Below, piece by piece: positions 1 through 11,250 of a DNA stretch of 64,000 bases. This DNA is from Porphyridium purpureum (taxonomy: Eukaryota). Made by a program: the position numbers and the translations under genes. The DNA is taken from the NCBI GenBank assembly GCA_008690995.1, contig VRMN01000006.1, positions 620,001 through 684,000 of the forward strand, read 5' to 3'. Each line of letters opens with the position of its first letter. Positions within the stretch are counted from its first letter, which is position 1. The notes beneath the pieces are model-generated. The model made no database searches. It was given only the letters and a program-made list of their open reading frames with translations, and was not told the DNA's origin.

Positions 1-150
1 GTGCAGAAAAGCAATGACCCGCTCGTTCAGGAAATTCGAGGCCTGCAAGGGCCCCACATTGAGCACGTGCAAGTCACAACAGACAACCGAGAAGCGCTCG
101 TGAGTGAGCTTTCGCAGTTGCTCCTAGAGTCATCCGATGCTCCTGCCTAA
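1..150 (+). CDS. 3' end of a CDS entering the window; possibly an NTPCR/THEP1-like NTPase C-terminus
   Basis: Frame 1 reads VQKSNDPLVQEIRGLQGPHIEHVQVTTDNREALVSELSQLLLESSDAPA* (TAA at 148-150). PLVQEIR...VTTDNREAL resembles the NTPCR C-terminal pattern. Only 49 aa are visible. Confidence 0.45.
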   Translation: MQKSNDPLVQEIRGLQGPHIEHVQVTTDNREALVSELSQLLLESSDAPA

Positions 151-801
151 GAATATGCACCGGGCGGAACTGATGTATCAAAGAACGATGCCGGGCATCC
201 GTGTTCTCCTGGTATTGCCGCAGATCACACACGACAGCAAAACACATTGGCGTCCACGCAGACAGGCCGTCGGTACATGGAAAGGACATTCACAAAACGC
301 CTTGGCTCATGATTGAAAGGGTCGTGAAGTTTTTCGACACGCTGAAGATGACGCACGGCGAAATGTGCTGTGAGAGTCGAATTACGACGAAACAGAGTTG
401 CTTTTCAGCGAAGTGGTGTGCAACCTTTTATTACGTTCGCAAGAGCGTCGTTTCAGGATCTCTAGATCCAGGCCTCGAGTTATGAGAGTCGGAACTCATG
501 CCCGGCAGCAAGGCGAAAGGTGGACAGCTTCCGTATATTGCATTCTAAACTCCATCTTGCGAAGCAGAAGTGACAGAACACTGTGGTACTTGGCCGGTCT
601 TCTGAACTTCAATCAATTCGCCCTACAGAGGCCATGGATGCCACTGCTATGGCGTGCGACCAGACGAAGCACGGCATTCTCTATGGGCACTCTGACAAGA
701 CACGCCTCTTCGGGAAGAACAAAGACACACGGATAAGGCTGACCTTGACCTTGTTTAGAGCTTCGTGGACGCGTTGGATGATCCTATTTGACTAGCTTCG
801 C

Positions 802-2226
802 CTAGGAGGTTTTAGAAATGCTATCTTTGAGCCCGTGAGTTTGTCGCATGTGTCGTTTCCAGTTACTAACCACCGCAAACGATCTATTGCATATGAGACA
901 CTCGTGGTCGCGCCGTTTCTCATGAACGACCCGAATGTGCGCGTGCAAGTTTGAAATTTGTGAAAAGATGCGCCCGCATTCTTCGCATGCAGGCATGTTC
1001 ACGCGATCATGGATCGTCCTGATGTGGCGGTGAAGCTCACTTGACCGACCAAAGACTTTTCCACAGTTTTGGCACTGAGGCCTGTGTGTAGCGGAAGCCT
1101 CGACGTGTCTTGATTGAGATCCGGCGCTTTGTTCAGATCTACAGCCATCGATTAGCCCACTCTCATTATGGGCAATGGAGAGATTCTGATCGCCGGTCGT
1201 TGCCTCGCATCCACTGTGCAAACAGTTGGGAGATTTGATCTGGACACGGTGTCGTACAGACGAAGCCGTGGTCAGGCGGTCGAAAAACAAAAATTTCAGC
1301 GCACTCATGCGAGGATAGACAGCACCGGTAGCCACTTGGAGTCGAACCGTTGGAACACTGACTTTGAAGGCAAGCTGTCCATTTCCCAAATAAGCTTGGC
1401 AGTGTGTCATTGGGTTTTCGAGAAAACCGGCACGCAGCCAGTTCTCGAGAAAGGGGCCAAACTCCTTCCAGTCCAGCGACCGCGAAAGCTCGTCGTCGGT
1501 CCGGCAGCTGGACAGTAGCCGCCAGCACTTGCAGCTTCCGGTATCGCAAGAGCCCGTACACAAGCCTGGGCGCTCAATCAGCGTGTAGCTAAGAAGGGGC
1601 GCGTCGAAATCTACGCGTGTCGTGTGGAAGGTTTCAATCTTCCATTTGTAATTGTCCCACATGCGCACCAGGTAAATGAGAATCGTGCCATTGGTGCAGC
1701 CTGACACAGCAATGTAGGCGTAACCGTACCGGGTTCGAAACGCCGTGAGGCGCAGGCCGGGGAAAGCCGTCACACCTTCTGGGAGAGGTGTGATGCACAC
1801 GTTACACATATTCACGCCGTGAACAAAGCGGCTTTGACTTGAATGATAAAGCGTCGGAATTACGGTGGCGCAAGTTGTTCTGCTGACGCGCTCAATATCC
1901 GTGTCCCAAATGACTGCTTGGTCCATTTCATCCTGGCTCGGTAAGTACGGCAAACACGACAGCTCTTGTGGGGAAACGTAATCGTCGTAGCCCTCGCAAA
2001 TTTCGATGTCTGAGGAATGGTCTTTCGATCCCGTCTCGGTGATCGACGTGCCATCTTGCGCATCCGTGCTCAACAAGCCAGACGCACGCAAGTTCAAGCC
2101 ATCATCTCCAGCGACAGAATCCACGTGTGGCTGTAGCCACTTCACCAGCCACGCACTCACTTCGTCGTCATGCAGCAGGACCTTCAGCACTGATCGATAG
2201 CTTGTGGGCGCACCTTCTATCACCAT
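802..2226 (-). CDS. C2H2 zinc-finger protein (three C-terminal fingers), probable transcription factor
   Basis: CQNC..HIRTIH, CEEC..HIRVVH and CLIC..HMRQTH fingers at the C-terminus. First in-frame ATG is at 2226; the ORF is open to GTG 2352. Confidence 0.85.
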   Translation of the reverse strand: MVIEGAPTSYRSVLKVLLHDDEVSAWLVKWLQPHVDSVAGDDGLNLRASGLLSTDAQDGTSITETGSKDHSSDIEICEGYDDYVSPQELSCLPYLPSQDEMDQAVIWDTDIERVSRTTCATVIPTLYHSSQSRFVHGVNMCNVCITPLPEGVTAFPGLRLTAFRTRYGYAYIAVSGCTNGTILIYLVRMWDNYKWKIETFHTTRVDFDAPLLSYTLIERPGLCTGSCDTGSCKCWRLLSSCRTDDELSRSLDWKEFGPFLENWLRAGFLENPMTHCQAYLGNGQLAFKVSVPTVRLQVATGAVYPRMSALKFLFFDRLTTASSVRHRVQIKSPNCLHSGCEATTGDQNLSIAHNESGLIDGCRSEQSAGSQSRHVEASATHRPQCQNCGKVFGRSSELHRHIRTIHDRVNMPACEECGRIFSQISNLHAHIRVVHEKRRDHECLICNRSFAVVSNWKRHMRQTHGLKDSISKTS

Positions 2227-2945
2227 CTTTCCCGCGCAACGACCGTGCAGGCGCCACCCTGGAGGCCGACATGCATATTCCACCCACACGCGCCGTCGCG
2301 GCTCCAACTCTTTGCGTGCGCGAGTTGCCGGAATGCGCCACGACCCAGACACATACGGCGTCAGCTATCACGTGCGCTCACACAAACGCACAAAACGTGT
2401 CTCCTCCCTCACCGAGTCTGGCATACGAGGCGACTATCGCCCCTGCTTAACATGAAGACTTGGCGCTTCGTCCCTTCGTCTGACACGTTCCCCTTATGCC
2501 AGCTTGCGTTCTAAGCCTCCGCACGCGACGTTCTCACTAATTCATGCGGCCTTGTGTTTGCAGAGTGAGCAGGAAAATGGTTTACACTCTAGGGTAGAAT
2601 TCCGGCATTCCCCTTGGTCCAATCGCATTCCCATTTTATAGTAATATAAACGCGCTTATAATTAAAGTCATTTTGGCATTGCAATCGAATGGATGAGCAG
2701 GAGGGGACTCGATACATCGGAATCCACGCTGCATAATTACCAGGCTTCAGTCAAAAGACGTGTTTTAGAATAAACACGAGCTCCACATTGAAAAGGAATG
2801 CAGCATTGACATGGGTCGTGCCTTGGGGCGGACGATGTGCGTCGAGGCGCGACGGGAATGAAAGAGGGAGAAGGGTAGAGAAGAGCGCCAAGTAGACAGG
2901 CAGAGAGTGGATAGGTTTGGGGATACGGCGTGCGCGGAGGTTGCG

Positions 2946-4205
2946 ATGGGGGCAGAAGATGAGGTGGAGACATTTGAACTCGAAGAAGGAGAGGAGCTGC
3001 GTTTCGAGGTGGGCGCATCGGCGTCTGTGGAACTGCAAGTGACCAGCGGGTACGCCGAGGTGTTTGGCGTCGAGCTCGCGCAGAATCGCCGATATGTGTT
3101 TCGTAACGCAAAGCTCGCGCTGTTCACGTGGAAGGGCTGCAGCGTGACGCTCACGGGAGGTACGGAGGTCAGCTACAAGGTCGCCGAGACGCCCATGGCG
3201 ATTTATGTCAACGCGCACTCGGTGCTACAGAGCAAGCGAAAACTCGCCAAGGAGCTGAAGATGAAGGGGCCGCGCTGCATTGTCGTGGGCCCGTCGTCGT
3301 GCGGAAAGACGTCGCTCAGTGCAATTCTGCTGGCATACATGCTGAAAGAGAACCATTCGGCGTTCTTTGTCGAGGCAGATTACTCGGAGGGCGTGTTGGG
3401 AACGCCGGGCTCCATTGGCGCGTGCGCCGTGGAACACATCGATGTCGAGCAAGGCCCGCTCTTTGAGCGCCCGATTTGCTTCTACTACGGTCATTTGGAT
3501 CCTTCGGAGAATACAGAATGTCTCATGCAGCTCTACTCAGTTCTCGGTGCATCGATCGACGCGCTCTTTGGGCAGCATGACGAGCTTGAACGCCGAGGCT
3601 TCGTTGCAAACGGACCAGCAACCACGATCGAAAAAGGGTTTGATGTGCTGAAGCACGCGATCACCGCTCTCAGGATAGACACGGTCCTGGTCATGGACGC
3701 GGAGCGGCTGTATGCGAGCCTGGTGCGCGAATTCAAGACGGACAAGAATGTACAATGCGTGCATGTGCCCAAGTCGGGCGGAGTGGTGACGCGTGAGGAT
3801 GCCTTCATTCGCAAATTCCGCAATGACCGGATTAAGCGGTACTTTTACGGTCCAGAGAACGAGCTGCATCCATTCACATGCGTGCTCGGTTTTGACCAAT
3901 TCAAAGTTCTGCGTGTGGGAGACAGCTATCAGACGCCCGACTCGGCCCTTCCTATCGGTGTTGTGTCCACACTCAACCCGTTAGAGTTGGAAGCGGTCAG
4001 TCCCTCTGCGACGCTTATCCACTCGGTGCTTGGCGTGTCGCAAGCAACGGACGAAGCGGATGTCATGAGCAAGCCGGTGTTTGGCTTTTGCCATGTCACG
4101 AAGGTCGATGTTCCGAAGCGCCAGATGACAGTTTTAGCTCCATCTCCAGGGAAACTGCCGGGCTTTTTCCTCGTGTTGGGCGGGGTGAAGTGGCTCGAGG
4201 GATAG
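2946..4205 (+). CDS. CLP1: mRNA cleavage/polyadenylation factor, polynucleotide 5'-kinase CLP1
   Basis: ELRFEV, GYAEVFGVEL, LFTWKGC, ETPMAIYVNAH, Walker A GPSSCGKT, PKSGGVVTR, SALPIG, LAPSPG. Confidence 0.95.
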   Translation: MGAEDEVETFELEEGEELRFEVGASASVELQVTSGYAEVFGVELAQNRRYVFRNAKLALFTWKGCSVTLTGGTEVSYKVAETPMAIYVNAHSVLQSKRKLAKELKMKGPRCIVVGPSSCGKTSLSAILLAYMLKENHSAFFVEADYSEGVLGTPGSIGACAVEHIDVEQGPLFERPICFYYGHLDPSENTECLMQLYSVLGASIDALFGQHDELERRGFVANGPATTIEKGFDVLKHAITALRIDTVLVMDAERLYASLVREFKTDKNVQCVHVPKSGGVVTREDAFIRKFRNDRIKRYFYGPENELHPFTCVLGFDQFKVLRVGDSYQTPDSALPIGVVSTLNPLELEAVSPSATLIHSVLGVSQATDEADVMSKPVFGFCHVTKVDVPKRQMTVLAPSPGKLPGFFLVLGGVKWLEG

Positions 4206-4515
4206 ATGCAGCAGCCGCGGGGATAGAAAGATGGGAACGGTGTAGGCAGGCATGGAGGCTTCCTCGCGCTTGCGGTAGACGTGCTACCCGCGAGGATGCT
4301 TGAAAGTCCTGTCGTGTATAATAATTAATCTGGCGTCCGTATCTTGGTTCCCGCTCGGATGGAGTAGCCAAGCCAGACCCTGTTTCAGACGCGAAAACAA
4401 CTAATCGACCGTACTGACGAAAAGGCAAATTAAAAGATCTTGATTTGTTTTAGAGTACGAGAAGAACACGCCAAACGCACGCGGCATCTTGCGCTCGTGC
4501 GAGAACCGCACGACT

Positions 4516-5205
4516 CTACACGGCCGCGCTCGGCACAATTCGAGGGGCCACCTCTTCTTTTGGCTCAAAGATGGTGACTGCATCGGGCATGGGCTTCCTC
4601 GGCCCTTGCTTGCCGGTCGGGTCGTGCGGCATCAAGATCTTGACCTTGAGGCCAATGACTCCCTGTCGCAGAAGCACGTGCCTGACGGCTGTGTCAATAT
4701 AAATCTCCTTTGGATATCCGGTTGAAATCATGTATCCGTCCATGAACTTCATGGTCTTTGCACGCTGCGCGCGCAGCTTTCCAGACACGGACACCTCGCA
4801 GCCCTTCGCGCCCGATTCCATGACAAACCGGAGCACACCGTAGCACGCGCGGCGCACGGCGAGGCCGCTCAGCAACTTGTATCGCAGCGACTCTGCCTGC
4901 GCCATGGCGCACAGCCCTCTGTTCTCCACCTTTTCCGCGAACAGCTCGATCGTGCCGGGCTGGAACCCGAACCTCTTCTGCACCAACGCCGTGAGCTCCC
5001 GAATCCTTCGGCCCTCCGTTCCCGTCACCTTGGGCGTACGCGTCGCGCGGATAATCACCTCCGTGCGCTCCGGCGTCACGCGCACCTCCATGCCAGAATA
5101 CCCATCCTGCGCCAGCTCGCGCGCCAGCAATTCCGACAACTCGCTGTAGAACACGCCGTCCGCGACAAACTTGCGCACCTTGCTCTGCTTACGCACGGTC
5201 GCCAT
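4516..5205 (-). CDS. RPS3: 40S ribosomal protein S3 (uS3)
   Basis: [68 protein letters not shown]. Confidence 0.98.
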   Translation of the reverse strand: MATVRKQSKVRKFVADGVFYSELSELLARELAQDGYSGMEVRVTPERTEVIIRATRTPKVTGTEGRRIRELTALVQKRFGFQPGTIELFAEKVENRGLCAMAQAESLRYKLLSGLAVRRACYGVLRFVMESGAKGCEVSVSGKLRAQRAKTMKFMDGYMISTGYPKEIYIDTAVRHVLLRQGVIGLKVKILMPHDPTGKQGPRKPMPDAVTIFEPKEEVAPRIVPSAAV

Positions 5206-5700
5206 CGTTCCGCCCTCCTCGTAACCAACCCACACACACGCACAGAGAATCCCACCCGCCCGCCTTCCTTCCCCTCGTTCCCAACTCTCACAGCCAAGCT
5301 CTCCTCGCTTTCCCTCTCTCCCTCTACTTCTCCCTCTGCCTCCCCTTCGCCTCCTCGCGGCGCCTGCTCGCTAAAACTCAAAGTCCAAAAACTGAAAAGC
5401 ACGGAGGTTCTGCTCAAACTGTACAAAATCTTATCTAAACACCCTCGATTTACTATGCGTTTTTCCTCGCCCGGTCCACGGCCGCGCGTGCCCGGCGCAG
5501 TTCAGTCTGCGCGCGTGCGCGACTGGCGAAAGGGAGAGAGAACCCCGGATCTAACCTGCGAAGATCAGTTAGAATGAGGGTTGGAGGTTGAGCACGAATT
5601 TGTGGGAGAAACGGGTGTGGAGAATGAGAATGAGAGGGAGACGGAGGGAGGAGAAGCGAGAGGGGGAGAAGGGAAAAGGGAAGGAGGGGAAGGCACGGAG

Positions 5701-7323
5701 ATGGCGGCGTGGGTGGCGAGCGAGCCCGGGATACGAGTGCGCTGCGTAGCATCATGGTCGCGGAGGCAAAGGGCGGTGGATGTGGCGTGCGATGTGGTAG
5801 AGTTGGCGAGTATGCGGCACGCGAAAGCGGAGCGTGTGGCGTGCAAGGCCAGAGTGGCCATGCAAGCCGGGAGCTTGGGGTCTGGGATGGCGGTGAGAGT
5901 CACGCGTCCTCGTGGAACCAGGGCGGCCAGCGCAGCATTGGTCACTGGGATTTATATTTTCGTGGTCGGATCGATTCTGCTGCTGTTTCCGAGCGCAGTG
6001 TTTCGCACAATCATGCCGCGCGTGCAGCTCGTGCCGAATCTGGGCGTCTCGACGCTGTGGATTCGCGTTGGCGCCGTGATGTGCCAGCTCTTTGGGATCT
6101 ACTACCTGGCAGACGGTTGGAGCCACCTGCGCTCCTTTGCGCTGGGAACCGTGGCCGGTCGAGCGTACTTGTTCCTGGCATTTGTCGGGATCATGATCCA
6201 TGAGCGGAATGGAACGGCGGCGCTGGCGGCGTTCGCCGTGCTTAATTTGGTAGGCGCAGCTATCATGTTGCGCGCGCTTGTAGCTGATGGAAAGCTGCTC
6301 CTGCACTACGCCTGGCTTGGGTCCAAATCCAAGCGTCTGCACGACTCGCATCAGGCTCGCGTGGTACAGCTCGCGTGCTCGAACCAGACGAAGAAAACGC
6401 ACGATCTTCTCTCATCCGACACGGACGGCAAGATCATCTTTCTTGAAGCAGGAGTGCGGCATGCGGAGCCGATACGAGTGCCAGCGGGGCATGGAAAGTT
6501 GCTGGACGCGACGTGCTCGCGGACGACGTCCGGCAAGGAATTTGCCGTGTGTACGAAGAGTGGTGAGTATGTCTCTGTCCATTCGCACAGCATCGGCGGC
6601 GGCATCTCTTCCAAGCAGGTTTCTCCGGCGTTGCTGCGGGTGTGGGCACCAAGTGCGGTTGGTGCGGAATTGTCGCCCGACCTGAGGTTTTTAGTCGTGC
6701 GCATGCGCGACGCTTCGGCGCAGCTGTACAAGCTCGGCCCCGGACGTTCAAATCCAATCGAGATTCCCGCTTATTCTGCAGGATGCTACTTTTCGGCGCG
6801 GGCGGTGTGGAGCCAAGACTCAACCCGATTTCTGCTCAGTGTGGTTGACCCGAAAACGTTGCGCGGCAAGCTCGTTGCATACAGTTGCACGGAGACGGAA
6901 AGTGTGGCACCTGTTTGGGTGTTTAGCGCCGACTCGATGTTGTCCAACGTGCGCATGGTCGGTGATGGGAGTGAATCGCGTGTGCTGTGTACAGACTACC
7001 GGTCCATGCTGTATGTGGTCTGTGCGGAGTCTGGTGCGCTTTTACGCACTGTTGGATTGAAAAACCTCATTGGGGAGCACGAGCTGACATGCCTGGATGT
7101 ATGTCAATCGAGTGATCGCACGGTGGTGGCCACGAACAAGGGCGCATTTTGGCTCAAGCCAGACGGAGCCGTCGCGCACAAGATCGAGCTCATGCCCGGC
7201 CGCTGCGTTAATCGTTTATGTGAACTGCCTGACGGTAGCCTTGTGTGCGCGGACCTGGACACGGGAGAGCTATCGCGCGGTCGCATTGGTGTAAGTGGGA
7301 TTTCTTGGCGCGCACCAGAGTGA
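5701..7323 (+). CDS. Hypothetical protein: Arg/Ala-rich presequence-like N-terminus, about 4 TM helices, then a beta-propeller/WD40-like region
   Basis: 540-aa ORF. Hydrophobic segments GIYIFVVGSILLLFP, WIRVGAVMCQLFGIYY, AYLFLAFVGIM, LAAFAVLNLVGAAIML, followed by beta-strand repeats (LLSSDTDGKIIFL, AVWSQDSTRFLL, LTCLDVCQSSDRTVVAT). Confidence 0.6.
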   Translation: MAAWVASEPGIRVRCVASWSRRQRAVDVACDVVELASMRHAKAERVACKARVAMQAGSLGSGMAVRVTRPRGTRAASAALVTGIYIFVVGSILLLFPSAVFRTIMPRVQLVPNLGVSTLWIRVGAVMCQLFGIYYLADGWSHLRSFALGTVAGRAYLFLAFVGIMIHERNGTAALAAFAVLNLVGAAIMLRALVADGKLLLHYAWLGSKSKRLHDSHQARVVQLACSNQTKKTHDLLSSDTDGKIIFLEAGVRHAEPIRVPAGHGKLLDATCSRTTSGKEFAVCTKSGEYVSVHSHSIGGGISSKQVSPALLRVWAPSAVGAELSPDLRFLVVRMRDASAQLYKLGPGRSNPIEIPAYSAGCYFSARAVWSQDSTRFLLSVVDPKTLRGKLVAYSCTETESVAPVWVFSADSMLSNVRMVGDGSESRVLCTDYRSMLYVVCAESGALLRTVGLKNLIGEHELTCLDVCQSSDRTVVATNKGAFWLKPDGAVAHKIELMPGRCVNRLCELPDGSLVCADLDTGELSRGRIGVSGISWRAPE

Positions 7324-7403
7324 ACTTGTTACAATAGTTGGAGTTGTATTTAAATGTAAATATAGTTGTACAGGGCCCTTCTTTTCTTCCTTTGGCAACA
7401 GGT

Positions 7404-7988
7404 TCACGCGGCGCGCTGGGATGAAGGAAGCGCGACCACGACTGAATCAAGCGGCGCATGAGACTGACTGAGTGCGGAATTGCTCCCGAACAACAGGTCT
7501 TCTTGCAGCCGGTTCTTCATGTCGAGGGCATGCTGCGCTGATACAAAGCACTCCCAGCGCAGCTGCTGTAGAGCGATCCGCTCCAGACAACTCATCTCTT
7601 CCTTGCTCTGCACACCGCCCACCTTGGCCATGAAGCTGCATGTCATGAAAAACGCGTCGTCTTCCTGCACCTTGAGAGCCAGCATGAGTGATACCAGCAG
7701 CAAGCGGTGCAGGTTGAAGTCGTTGAGCACCAGCTGGGGGTCACTGTCCTCGAGTCGATGCAGCAGTACGAGCGCGACGGCCCAGACGCCGCTGTTCAAG
7801 GGCAAGTGCTGCACCAATCTCCGGATGTAAAACTCGGTCGTAAAAGCATGCTTTGATTGCGCATAAAACAGGCTCAAGTCGCTCTTGAGCGGCGTGTTTT
7901 GCAGGTCGAAGGAGCTTCGCGCGAGGCGAGAGTCCAGGTAAGCAGAAACCACCATGGCGTCGGGCGGAAAGCTCGCGTCATGCATCAT
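7404..7988 (-). CDS. PHO80-like (P/U-type) cyclin
   Basis: FYIRRLVQH..VALVLLHRL..FNLHRLLLVSLMLALKVQEDD..MAKVGGV..EMSCLE cyclin-box pattern. The frame is open upstream to 8102, so the start is uncertain. Confidence 0.85.
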   Translation of the reverse strand: MMHDASFPPDAMVVSAYLDSRLARSSFDLQNTPLKSDLSLFYAQSKHAFTTEFYIRRLVQHLPLNSGVWAVALVLLHRLEDSDPQLVLNDFNLHRLLLVSLMLALKVQEDDAFFMTCSFMAKVGGVQSKEEMSCLERIALQQLRWECFVSAQHALDMKNRLQEDLLFGSNSALSQSHAPLDSVVVALPSSQRAA

Positions 7989-9611
7989 GGCTTGCTCTTC
8001 TGGGTTTCCCGCCAAATCTGTCGTCCAAACAGCTTGCGCGGACCACTGGCTCGCCAAACAATCCAGTGTGCGACTCGTCGCGTCCTCGCACCCTTGTACC
8101 ACCTCTTCTCAAATCTCCGCACTTCGCACTTTGCGGTACTATGTCCCGAACAGCCATGTTTCCGTCCCCCGCTCAACGCCCCGCGCCTCCGCACAGCTAA
8201 ATACCCCTCTCGAATGACGCGTGCCCTTCCCGCTCCGCACCGCACCGACTGTGACTCATCCTGCTCGGACAGCCATCCACCACGCCCGTGAGCCTTACCA
8301 ACAGACTGGCTCAAACGCTCCGAGCGTGCCAACCGGACACTGACGCCCGAATTCACGCACGGCCATTCCCGACCGCATCGATCCACTCACCCCGCCAATA
8401 TGCAGCTTTTTGGGACACACCCCCTTGCACCAACCGAGCCCGCGCGGACGCCCTTCCACGAGCTCGTTCAGTCAAGGTGATGCGAGTCTGATTTCACGGA
8501 TTTCACTGATTTCACCGCGTCACATTTACCGAACACTCACACACACCCGCGCCCCATTTACAGCGCTGACGTCCGGTTTCGCTCACAACTGACTCATCCA
8601 CACACACAACGGGCGCGTGTTTCCGTCCTTGTTCGCCCGCATGCTTCATCCGCAATCGTCATCAGCTTCTCTCCTCCCTTCCGTTCTTGCTTCTTCCCAT
8701 CACTTTGTCATCCCCACTTCCGATTTCTCATTTCCTAGCCCCAATTTCTCATTTCCGATTTCCGATATCCGAATTCCGATTTCACCCGCAAGCCCAGTTC
8801 CAGAGCACGCCACGACACTCAATTTCCCACTAATATTTTTTCACACCCCACTTTGTTTTTTTTTTTTTGATTTCGGACTTTCAAGCTACAAAAAAGGAGG
8901 CTTCAAACACACAGACACACACAAACGACTTGAATTCTTTCCGCTGATTTCTTGGCTATTAAAAACCAGTGGGAATATGGACCATCAATAACAAAAGTCC
9001 GCATCACGATGAATTCATTCATCGCCAACCCGGTTCTTTTGGAACAAAAATAGTGCCTGCGAGTTTGAACAACGTTTTATACGAGCGGTGCGGGGCGAGG
9101 GGCCGCCACGGCAGGAAGGAAGAGTGTGTAACTAACCCAATTTTTCGGATTAAAAATATGCGGCAAAGAGGGAAGGGCGCCGCTTCGGCGGACGAGCGGA
9201 GTGGAACACGTGCAAGCACCGGAGCTCTTAGCCGGGGGTGGCTTGGGTTCAGCGGTCGTGCACAGTGGACTGTACTTTGATGTGGGGTGTACTCGCTGTA
9301 CTTGTGGGTGTTCAGTAAGAAGGTTCTGTGATTGGCATGAGTGAGGTCGGCGCGGCTGGTGCGACTTGGATGTGGGTGGGCCACGCACAGCAGATCAATG
9401 CGGGCCGATGTGGCAGCTGACGCCGAGCCGGCTTGCGGTGGCCTGTGGCTTGTCTGTGTGGCATGAAGACGAGGAGCGCCGCACGCGCGGCAAGACAGTT
9501 TGGGCCTGACCGAGACGACACACGCAGAGGCGCTTGGTCGGTCTTCTATAGACATTGGGTTTCAAATTTTTGAAAATTGGGCGCGAAAGGTGGTGGGTGT
9601 TGGCGAGTGGG

Positions 9612-10022
9612 ATGGAGGTTTGGGGGGCGAGAGCGGTGTCGCTGGAGGTGGCGCGGATGGAGACGGAGGAATGCTTGTACGCTGCGTGGTACGCGCACTA
9701 CATGGATGAGCGCGTGAAGGAACGGCGCGAAACGTATAGCGCGCTTGGCGCGGTGCACAGCGTCGCGCGCGGCGATGATCATGATAGAGGGGGTGTGGCG
9801 GCCATGTGGATTGATTCGGGCGAGACTCGCCCGCACGAGACGCGTGACAGTTTCGCGCAAGGGAGCGGGTTCTGCGTGGCTCGCCTCGTGTCGCGAAAGA
9901 GGCCGCACGGCGACGGGCGTGGTACCTTGGACGCACGGTCCTCCCCGGCAAAGAGGCACCAAGATGGTGCGAGGTACGCGAGGCCTCATTCACCGACGCG
10001 CATAACATGCACCAAAGCTTAA
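9612..10022 (+). CDS. Possible small hypothetical protein
   Basis: ATG-initiated ORF (MEVWGARAVSLEVARMETEECLYAAWYAHYMDERVKERRE..) after a G-rich leader like those of neighbouring genes. It ends 1 nt before the convergent GDPD stop. No family recognised. Confidence 0.3.
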   Translation: MEVWGARAVSLEVARMETEECLYAAWYAHYMDERVKERRETYSALGAVHSVARGDDHDRGGVAAMWIDSGETRPHETRDSFAQGSGFCVARLVSRKRPHGDGRGTLDARSSPAKRHQDGARYARPHSPTRITCTKA

Positions 10023-10023
10023 T

Positions 10024-11250
10024 TCACCCAGCAACGTCGCCCGCGATCCAGCGTTTCATGAATGGCTCAAGTTGAGCTGGCGTATTTGTAATAATAGCAC
10101 CGAATCCTGCCCGCAATAAAGAGTAAACGTCCTCGGCTCGATCGACCGTCCATACAAACACGGGACCACCGCGCTGCTCGTACACGCTCCGCAGCAGCCG
10201 CGGTCGCCGCAGCGCAAACAGGTAGTATGCGGACACTCCGTCCGCCCGCGCATCATCGAGCCGCTGCATTAAGCGCCTCCGCGAATACCAAGCGTGCCGA
10301 AGATCGCACGACAGCGTCGCCAGTGCCGGGCCCAGCCCCCGCTCCTCGGCCACTTCTTTGACACGCCGAGTGACGAATGGTTCTTTTGTGCTGAACACGA
10401 CGCGCGCCAAGGGCACGTGCGCATTGGAAAGCTCGTCGAGCGTGGCCTGTATCAAGCGCTCGCAGCTAGGGCACGCCGCGTCGTGATGGCTGCGAGCGTC
10501 GACATCTGTGCCCGGAGTTGTTGGTTCCGAAGGGACGCACGACTTGAAATCGACCATATACACAGCCAGAGGCGCACTGCCCGGAACGGCCTTGAGAAGC
10601 TCAAACTCGTTCAACAGTTCCTTGAGTGTTGCCGGTCTGCTTGCGGATTCGCCCACTAATTCTAGCGCCTGAAGCTCCCGTGCGGACAGCTCGCACGCGC
10701 GACGATTGCCAAATGCGGCTTTCGCGTCCGACGTCTTCAGGAGCCGGCCAAGCGTCTCATCGTGCCATAAAACGACCTGTCCATCGCTAGACAAGTCGAC
10801 ATCTAATTCCATAAACTGCGTGGTCCTGTTGCCCCACCGAAATGCGGGCAGCGTGTTCTCCACAAAGCGGTCGCCCGCGCCGCCGCGATGCGCCACCAGC
10901 ATGGCATGATGGCCCGACACAAACGGCGTGGCCCGCTCCGGGCTTTGCAAGGCATACAAATGCGAGAAACACCCTACGCAACGATCCATACTCGAGCTTC
11001 CAAACGAGCTGCGCGCCGAGTTGATCATATATCCCAGCATCCCCCCGCCAATGTCTAATGCAACCTCATACACGGATAACGCGACCACCAGAACCAGCGC
11101 AACTGCAACCAACCACATACTAAACCATACTATTCGCCGCGGCGCGCGATTCTGCAGTCGCAAGCCCGCTACTGACACCGCCGACAGCGCGGGCAGCGCG
11201 GGCAGCGCTCGCCCATCTCCACTCATCGTCCACACGCTTCTGCCCGACAT
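10024..11250 (-). CDS. Glycerophosphodiester phosphodiesterase (GDPD) with N-terminal membrane anchor
   Basis: AHRGG..VENTLPAF, ELDVDLSSDGQVVLWHD, VFVWTVD, GAIITNTP. Hydrophobic helix WFSMWLVAVALVLVVALSVY. Confidence 0.92.
   Translation of the reverse strand: MSGRSVWTMSGDGRALPALPALSAVSVAGLRLQNRAPRRIVWFSMWLVAVALVLVVALSVYEVALDIGGGMLGYMINSARSSFGSSSMDRCVGCFSHLYALQSPERATPFVSGHHAMLVAHRGGAGDRFVENTLPAFRWGNRTTQFMELDVDLSSDGQVVLWHDETLGRLLKTSDAKAAFGNRRACELSARELQALELVGESASRPATLKELLNEFELLKAVPGSAPLAVYMVDFKSCVPSEPTTPGTDVDARSHHDAACPSCERLIQATLDELSNAHVPLARVVFSTKEPFVTRRVKEVAEERGLGPALATLSCDLRHAWYSRRRLMQRLDDARADGVSAYYLFALRRPRLLRSVYEQRGGPVFVWTVDRAEDVYSLLRAGFGAIITNTPAQLEPFMKRWIAGDVAG

Noticed and set aside
6741..6760. 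GTTCAAATCC T-loop-like motif (also GTTCGAATC near 59182)
   Set aside because: No T stem, acceptor stem or matching 5' half nearby. The first lies inside a CDS.
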